This document shows positions 55,901 to 64,000 of a DNA stretch of 64,000 nt, piece by piece. The stretch is from Spizellomyces punctatus DAOM BR117 (Eukaryota), in the NCBI GenBank assembly GCA_000182565.2, contig KQ257457.1; one strand, given 5' to 3'. The notes under the pieces were generated by a model that saw nothing but the letters and a program-made list of their open reading frames with translations, was not told the origin of the DNA and made no database searches. The first letter of the stretch is position 1; each line of letters begins with the position of its first letter. The position numbers were made by a program, and so were the translations under genes.

Positions 55901-57403
55901 AAGTTTCACGACAGCATCCTCACCTGGAACGACCAAGGTCAGCACGTTTGGCAGTATATCAGAAGTTCATGCAGATATTTACCAGCGCTAGCCATCCAGT
56001 AGGGTATGAAGGGATTGAATCTAACATCTGTTACTGCCCCTTCATGAGCTCGGGAGACTTTCCAAACCTACTCTTTACACCGGCAAGTAAGTACAAACAC
56101 TCAACGCTTCCGCTGTAAAGCAGGGCCTTACCAGAGCTTCATCAGTGTTTTTCCCAATCAATCGAGCATCCCATACACCAACAGCCCGATCAATTCCCCC
56201 GGTACATATTAGGGACAACGGAAAGTGAGGACTCCAAGATGCCACCTGGACGGCATCCTCACCTGCCTGCAAGTGGAGCCTGTAAGCTTGCATATTATCG
56301 ATGTTTCCTTCAAAAAAAACGTACGTTTACTGAGGCATGGACTTGGTTGGTTTTCAGATCATAGACAAACAGCCTCCGTCCAACCGTCGCCAAGAACCGA
56401 TCTGTAGGTTCTACCCTTGATTCGTCCGAGCGCGGCGGCGTCGGGGCGAACTCAACGCAATGCAATCGAAGGGTACAGATCATGGTTCCAGGAGGAGCCA
56501 ATCGCATGTCCTCCTAAGAGCGGCATATAAAATATGACTCAGTTTATCATATACAATGAAGTTGTCTTGCCCTGAACCCACAAGCTTTGTGCTCTCGAGT
56601 ACGATTTCAGACAAATGCGTCAACCCGCGGCCCTTCTGTCCCAACTCGGATTGATTGAGTTCGAACAGCTGTGCGCGGCCATTAGGTCCACCAGTGAGAA
56701 GGTTACTGCCTGAAATAGACATGGAATATATAGGATTCGGAGCGGTGAATGCGGAACGTAACTGTAGAGACTCAGGAATCAGCCATGTTGTTCCATCCTA
56801 AGCGGCAGATTTGAACCTTACTTGAAATGGGGACTGACTCTCCATATCATTGTGGTTTCCATTGGAAGAAAACTTCGAGGATGCAGTATTTTCCAATATA
56901 AAGAGATTATTGGCACGAGCCGCCGATCCAATCGCTACGAAAGGAGTGCCCTAAAGGTTCAATAGAAAAAGGACCATATTTGTGTTGGAATTCCGTCATA
57001 TTGATATACTTGATGACTTCACTTATATCCACGCACACCTCAACACTGGCAATGCACGTCGCCCACTTGGCACTATCAGTTACCGAAGCATTGGCGGTTT
57101 CGACTATGCGGTCATGTCGCCTACAGGTGAATAATTATCAGCATGATACTTTGTGGACGCCCCTTGCAGTTGAAGATAATACCTTTTTGCCAGAAGGATT
57201 AACGACTTCCGCCATGCGTCGGTCGGACGTTCGTTGGTTGGTATCTGGAGTTGGAGTTCCAGCGTAAGTTACTCTTCAACCCAAGTTGTCCGAAATGTCT
57301 CTTCGCATACTTTGAGTGAGCTTTGCACACCTCCGATGACCAAGTTATGCGGTACCGGTACATCTCTATGGGTCCAGCTCTGTCTGGTTGCGGTTGATGC
57401 CAT
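52984..57403 (-). CDS. WD40-repeat protein with a long helical C-terminal region, many exons
   Basis: WD repeats: ASWSPH...ICTGGIDRAVGVWDAR, AHEGAVTDVRFNPFIPYWMASA/GEDAVVKLWDLR, ILTTASSDRSWRAW. Ends reconstructed by manual splicing. Confidence 0.75.
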
Positions 57404-57585
57404 CCTCCCAGTCCAGGAGAATCTTGCCCCGCCAGCCATGCGTAAGCAAAGCCAACTTCACTGTGACAGCCGATTTGTGGCACAGTGACTACTAAATGAA
57501 TTACCTTTTTTTATTTTTGTCTGATTACTCTTAAATCGGCGGTTTGGTCTCTGCATTCGCCTCGTCAACCAAAGCTGAGAGAACA

Positions 57586-59851
57586 ATGGTCCCGAAGAAG
57601 GCAAAAAGCAAGCGGGTTTCCGCAGCAATGCGGTACAAGGTTGAAAAGAAAGTTGCGGAGCATCACAGGAAGCAGCGAAGGGAAGCAAAAAAGAATCCCC
57701 AACCAAAAAGGCTGAAGAAGGACCCAGGAATTCCCAACTTGTTTCCTTTCAAAGACAAACTTCTACAGCAGGCGGAAGATAGCAAACGCAAAGCTGCAGA
57801 AGAGAAAGAGCGTCAGCGCGGGGCCCGAAAATCCTTACAAAACAAGAATCGCGGCCTGACATCCGACCAGCTCGATCTTGCAGCTCTCGCCAAAAACGCT
57901 GCCAAACGAGGACAAGAATTCGATTCATCCCAGTCGATCCACAACCAGGACGGATTCTACGCTGGTCACTCCATGGATGCCGCAGCAGCAGGGTTGAAGG
58001 ATAACTCAAGAAAGGCGTATTACAAGGAGTTCAAGAAGGTTGTGGAGAACGCCGATGTCATTTTGGAGGTGTTGGACGCGAGGGACCCTCTCGGTTGTCG
58101 GACGAGACAGATTGAGGAGCTGATTCTGAATGCCGGTGCTAATAAACGTGTCATTCTTATTTTAAACAAAATCGGTAATGTTCTCTTGGAGACCGGCGCT
58201 CTATTTGGAATTGCGGCTGATAAATATGCTCTTAGATTTGGTCCCTCGTGAGGTAGTCGAGCAGTGGCTGAAGTATCTCCGCAATGAGTTCCCTACTATT
58301 GCTTTCAAAGCGTCGACGCAAGCACAGCGAAGCAACTTGGGACAATCTTCCATATCCACTGACATTGCATCAGAGCGGCTTTTGAGCAGCAGCGAATGTC
58401 TTGGTGCGGATAACCTAATGAAGCTGCTGAAAAACTACTGTAGAAACGCCGATATCAAAACATCAATCACCGTCGGGGTCATCGGCTTTCCGAATGTTGG
58501 GAAATCGAGTGTTATAAACTCGCTGAAACGCTCGAAGGTTTGCAATGTTGGGGCCACGCCAGGGGTTACCAAAGTTGCGCAAACCATCCAGTTGGACAAA
58601 GGAATCAAATTATTGGATTGTCCTGGTATTGTGTTCAGTCAAAGCAGCCGAGAAGGCGACGAAGCTGAAGTTTTGCTGCGAAATTGTGTCAAAGTGGAAC
58701 TTCTAGAGGATCCCATATCGCCTGGTAAGTTTTCATTCTACCTTACCCGACTTGCGCAGTGGACTGACGTTACCTCGCTATAGTGGAAGTTATCGTTTCG
58801 CGCTGCAAGCCAGAGCAGCTGATGCGGATATATAACGTGCCCCTGTTCCCAGATACCCGTGAATTTTTGATTCACATTGCACGACAACGTGGAAAGCTTC
58901 GAAAAGTGAGTAAACTGTCTGGGAAGTGACTGATCTCTGGGGCTGTGAGGAGAAAATGCAACTGGATCTGCGGGGTTAGAGCAGAGAATGACTTCATTTT
59001 ATTTAAGTCTCTGAGCCTACTATAGTCATAGTTGACAACGTGCATATCTCTCGTTTTTGATACTAAACTATGCCTGTTGTAGGGTGGAATACCGGATCTT
59101 GAAAATGCCGCTCGATCGATTTTGCAAGACTGGAACTCTGGCCGTATTCCCTTCTACACTGTTCCTCCAACAGCTGGTCTACCAGTTGCCTCTCATGTAT
59201 CTAGCGCTATTGTGGAATCCTGGAGTCGCGAGTTCGAGCTACCCGAGATCGTCGAAACCGAAGGCAAAGACCTTCTCACTACCGTGAAGAGCAAGTCAGA
59301 GATCCCGACAAGTATACTGGCCCTGTCAAACGGAGCTGATGCTATGGTGGACATGGACATGAATGAATTACCTGAAGGGTTCCGGGATGAGGAAGAATCG
59401 GATAGCGAGGAGGATGACGATGCGATGGATGAAGACGAAGACGAAGAGGACTCAGATGAGGCACCCGAAGCGGTACCGATGGAAGAGGTTGCATCTGGTT
59501 CGGGCCAGCCCGAGATCCGATTCAAGGAGAAGACGCGACGCTCAACAAAATCAAACTCGGAAAAGGCAGAGCCAGCTTTGACCGCGGCGGAGGCGGCGAT
59601 AAACCCACAGCTCAACCAGTCAAGAAAGAAGCAATTGAAGCAAAAGCGTAAACTGGAAAAGAAGTCGCAAAAGCTATACGGAGCTGATGGTGATAACATG
59701 GTTGATGAGGCATACGACTTCTCGGAACACTTTCCCATCGCTCAACTGCCGGGTGCTGGTATGGGATAAGTTTGATTATAAATGCATCTTTGGATCCGTG
59801 TTAATGTCTCTTTTCAATATTTTTCTAGATGACAGTGATGATGACCTTTAG
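57586..59851 (+). CDS. NUG1: Nucleolar circularly permuted GTPase Nug1/GNL3 (nucleostemin family)
   Basis: GN3L N-terminus [61 protein letters not shown]. Last small exon ends with TAG at 59849-59851. Confidence 0.95.
58940..59018 (+). ncRNA. Candidate intronic box C/D snoRNA
   Basis: Inside an over-long NUG1 intron (about 58906-59082): GGGC-T-GTGAGGA (box C variant, 58945-58951) ... CTGA (box D, 59011-59014)-GCCT, forming a 4-bp terminal stem. Target not identified. Confidence 0.45.
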
Positions 59852-61956
59852 GCCACTCGTTTTTATGCTGTATTATTTTTCTTCATTAAATTCTGTACAA
59901 AGGTTTAAAATACATGATTATTATTTGTGCGCATTTTATGGCTGCGTATTAGGAGAGTAAAGCCATCCTCGAATGAGACACGGCAGCTCCTTGACCTCTA
60001 AACAGTTCTGGGCACATAGGACAGCCAAATAGACATTAATTTAAAGATCATGCAGTCAAGTATTACGACTTTTCAGATCAGAGTTACTTAATAACTCACT
60101 TGGTTATTCAAGTTCTGATCCTATAGCATCTTCGATAGGATCCATTAATCAACATAACCAACTTTAACACCATTATATAGAGTTCAGCTGGACTGATGCT
60201 TTTTTGATTGTTTATGAAAACTTGTTTCACAAGATACTGAAATAAGGGCACAATGATAATATGCACTTGTAGTGTCAAAAGGAACGTTGCAGTGACCGTA
60301 ACATTTATGAATGTAGAGCATTGCGCAAATGTAGTCCAAAATGGCACTCAATGGTATAGACTTGACATCTGTTGCACGCAATTTCTTGGGCAGAGTGCAG
60401 TTGGCTCAAGGATTTGAAGGGACCGCAGTATGCGAGTTTCCGAGCGAATACACAAGGCAAAATTGTGGGCCACATTCATCATTATAGGGGCTCTCAACAT
60501 TGCAGTGCACCGTACTTGTCGGGTGTTGTGGTGATACATATAGAACTCTGCTAAAGGTCGGAATTAAATAATACCTGCTTATGGTTTTGTATCGGCTGCT
60601 TATCGAGCGGCATCGGAACGAGCCGGTCTCGGAGGGCTAAATCTCCAGCTTCCCAACGAAAGCTCGGCACGGACGGTCCAGTCTTTACAACTCTGATTTG
60701 AAGGTGATAGATCAGCGTAAAGGAAGTTCCTTCAGTTCCCCTGAACCTGCCATGATACATTGAAGACAAGAGGCCTTACTAACGCTTTCCATGATGAAGG
60801 CGACAAGGATATCATTACTTTTAGATATCGGTATGCCTCATGACGAATGTGAAATTTCGGCATCGATCACATCCAGCTTTCGAATGGTGATCGTAAGATT
60901 TTGCAGCGTCTTTCATGAGTAAACGGAACCCAGTCTTGATGGAAGCGATAGTCGCATTCGGTTGAAGCTTGGGGTCCGAATCTGTGTATATTGTCGTCTG
61001 CGCTCATTTGAATCTGATCAGTTAAATTCTCACGGGGCATCCAGCTTTTCTCCTTTGTCTCAACCCTATCTTCAACCTGGAACACCTAGGCTATCCACCT
61101 TGTATTTCTGACCTTTTGCCCATTGATTGAAAATAATTCTGGACGATCTCGGAAAACGTCGTTTCATATCCCACCGCCTTTTTCATAAGAAGCACTTGAT
61201 TTCCCTCTAATAGGCCATCCTCAGCCATTTTACTTTGGATTGGAACGGAGGTTAACGGACCATGGAGGCAACTAAGACAATGAGCACATGCCGATTGGTG
61301 TGAGTGTCCATACCTATGACAATGAACAAAGCAATAGCTAGCCACATTTACCTGCTGCATGATCTACATCAGTGAACATTGTTCGCAGAACATCCCACGC
61401 AAAGCTTAAGCTTTGGGTTTGGTTGATATCGCTGCTGATGTAAAATCGAACAAGCTATGCAAGAGTAAAAATGGGTAAAAAGTTTGGGGCGGCGAAAAAG
61501 GTCCTTTCCAGATCAAGGACGTGATTGCCGTGAGTCTCGTCTGCGTGTGCGAGAATGAACTCTGTGAATTCGAGACAGGGCATTATGTGCGAGGTTTGCA
61601 TATCGTCTTTGATTGATTGTGAAAATGGAATGTAGCGTTTTTGATATGTCAAGCATGGCATAGAAGAGTTAGCTTATATGTTAACTGTAAGCTGGGCTTG
61701 AAAGGTGACATGACTATTATAATGCGGACCGTTCAGCTATTTTGAAGAATCTATAAATCTCTACTCCTCATGCCTTCCTATCAGAACATTTTGAATTGAA
61801 TATCCAGTGCTGGAGCCCAACGTTCCATCACCTATCTGAAGGCGTATATCTAATCACCCACACAGAGAAACACTAGACAATGTAAGCAAAAGTGTCCCAG
61901 AAAGTAGGTGGTAATTAGGATGGAAGGTGGTGCTAGTTTAGTTATGGTGGCAACGG

Positions 61957-64000
61957 TCAGGAGCTAGGTTCGCTGAGTTTCCGATTACCAGCTTGCTTGG
62001 CATAAATGAAGTAGTATGCCTATAAAAACGTGTTTGAGATCCAGGATATACCGACATGGAGCCGTCTGATATATACCTGGACAATTGGTAAAAGTCGTCT
62101 CACGTTTGACTGTCCATTAGCTTCCTTCTCTTGTTCACTTTTCCATTCTTGTTCATCCTCATCGATTCTAGCCTTCATTTCCTCAAACTCTATCCCCTTG
62201 TCCCGAGAATATCCCTCAGGCACAGCCACCACAAAATCCTTGAGCCGCATCTCCGAGCCTTCAAAATACCTGGAAAGATCTTCACTAACCAAAAGGCCAA
62301 GAGGTACGTATTTTGTTTGAATGCCACATGGCTGTTCGTTTTCTGAAGATGGGTCTGTTTTGGGTGGTAGGAAGATTCTGGCATCTTTGACACCAATGAT
62401 AAAGTACCCGCCATCTGTCAAGCGTGCAGCTGCATCGCGGGCGCAGTCTATCACGAATTTGCGGTACTCATTGATCCAAGCATGCGGTAGGATAGCGGTG
62501 GATGGTGCGTTGATATGGGGAACAAAGATAATTACCGGAGAGGAAGGCGGATGCATTGTTGGGCACCCTTCATGTTGAATCGTCTGAACAGGAGGCATTG
62601 CAAGTAGGGTTTCAAGATGTTTCGCATCATCTTCCCCTTCTGGGCTCAGTTCAGAGATGAGACCCTGCATTCATCATGTAAGTGACGGCCCTTGCGCTCG
62701 TTGAAATGTGTAAAGTCGCACCATAGATAACAATTCCCTAGTATTCTTACTGAGCTGCTCTCTTCGCCTTCGTTCGTATTCGGTCACTTCTGTGCCTGCT
62801 CAGTTGTCCAGTCAATCCATGTGCCTCTGAAAATACATTTGCTCTCGTTGGACACCTACCGTTTTCCTCTTCTTCATCCTCCTCCTCCGGCGGATCTCGT
62901 TCAGCACACAGATCATCATATACTGCGGCCCTAATTACCTGCAAAACCGTTACAGCAAACTTGCGGCAAGAGAGACTCCATCCTGCTACAATACCTTGTT
63001 GCGAAACTCGCTAATGGATACTTCCTCCCAGTACGCACTATCCGTTCCGAATCGCTCAATCTGCACGAAAGATGACGGGGATTAAAACCCACTACAGGAG
63101 TTAATATCGGTGCAGCAAATGGTCAATTACCAATTTTGACATTGCGAGTCTAGCCAAGGAATGTTTTTGCGTCACTCGGAATGTCCACACAGTTCCCATA
63201 ACGATGCTTGTCCTGTCGATTGGAGCAGCCGGAATCACACGAAGGATTCTGGTTGGGTTGACATGGAAATCTGAACACCGTTGAGTTTCAAGTGCATAAT
63301 ACGAAACAACAGACTTTGAGGATACACAGTACCATGATCATCATCCACCTTCAAGTACGAAAACAAGCCACTATGTTGACGATCGTCCACTTTTCGCAAA
63401 ATCGCAATAAACTCATGAGTGAACATCAAAAAGTTGTACTGTGTGCACAAGTATGTGCCCAGCGGGGCCATTTGACAGTATCGCTGGCGTTTCACAATCT
63501 ACAAAATGTTGAACGGCATTGGTCTTGTGTATGTCTTTAAAAGCGACAATATTGCAAACCTACCAGTTCTTCCAATTCAAACCCATCGTTAATGTAAGTA
63601 CGGATCGTTTGGAACGACACAGGCTGATAAAAGCACTCGCGTCTGTTGTCACCAATACCGAGCGTGCAGCGCCTTGAGGAGACATCACCGTTTGTTAAGC
63701 CCAGTTGTAGGTTGCAACGAGCCAACAGCGATGCTTTATTACCGGTTTGGTTTAAGAAGCCTGAGATGTTATATTAGTTTGACCATGCTCTATCAAATGT
63801 GAGGATGCTGGCTGCAGCGTAAGATATACCTCCACGTCTCTGCCACAATCTTTTCCATCTCCTTCTGAAAATCCTCCATGTCCGGGAAATGAGACAAATC
63901 TCCTTCTATATGTGCACTATGAATATGATGTGCAATATTAGGTGCCAGTGGTGTGTATTGAATCGCATAGTGCCTACCTGTAAGAAACGCTGTAATGGGT
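61957..64000 (-). CDS. Prokaryote-type DNA amino-methyltransferase (N4-C/N6-A family) homologue with a second degenerate MTase-like domain; 5' part lies outside the window
   Basis: Spliced product: VSYS/AHIEGDLSHFPDMEDFQKEMEKIVAETWR/LLKPNR/RCTLGIGDNRRECFYQPVSFQTIRTYINDGFELEEL/IVKRQRYC...YNFLMFTHEFIAILRK, then a second repeat GTVWTF...LIERFG...RLTDGGYFIIGVKDAR...YVPLG...LKDFVVAV...YYFIYAK. TGA at 61957-61959. Confidence 0.75.

Overview
Gene-dense, intron-rich eukaryotic DNA: about 27 protein-coding loci, mostly with short GT-AG introns of roughly 55-80 nt and several micro-exons. The gene content points to a zoosporic (flagellated, chytrid-like) fungus: a GPI-anchored chitin deacetylase, beta-tubulin with the axonemal EGEFEEE motif, and animal-like PDE9 and TONSL genes. 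This taxonomic call is inference. Housekeeping genes include glycerol kinase, PARL-type rhomboid, HDHD2, a DHX57-like helicase, SCOC-like, VPS55, a DEK-C/SWIB protein, beta-tubulin, a bHLH factor, a DDT/WHIM protein, HSP60, an MFSD1-like transporter, SEC62, TGS1, a WD40 protein and NUG1. The most interesting candidate is at the right edge, truncated by the window. It is a spliced, prokaryote-type N4-cytosine/N6-adenine DNA methyltransferase homologue fused to a second, degenerate copy of the same fold that carries a eukaryotic chromatin-protein-like helix. Other highlights are a TONSL-like protein lacking ankyrin and LRR domains, a full PDE9-type cGMP phosphodiesterase, an intronless frameshifted oxalate decarboxylase, a candidate box C/D snoRNA in a NUG1 intron, a highly structured first intron of beta-tubulin, and a 110-aa four-exon gene invisible to the ORF track. 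Gene models were spliced by eye, and family assignments come from recalled motifs, not database searches. No tRNA, rRNA, CRISPR array or intact transposon was recognised.
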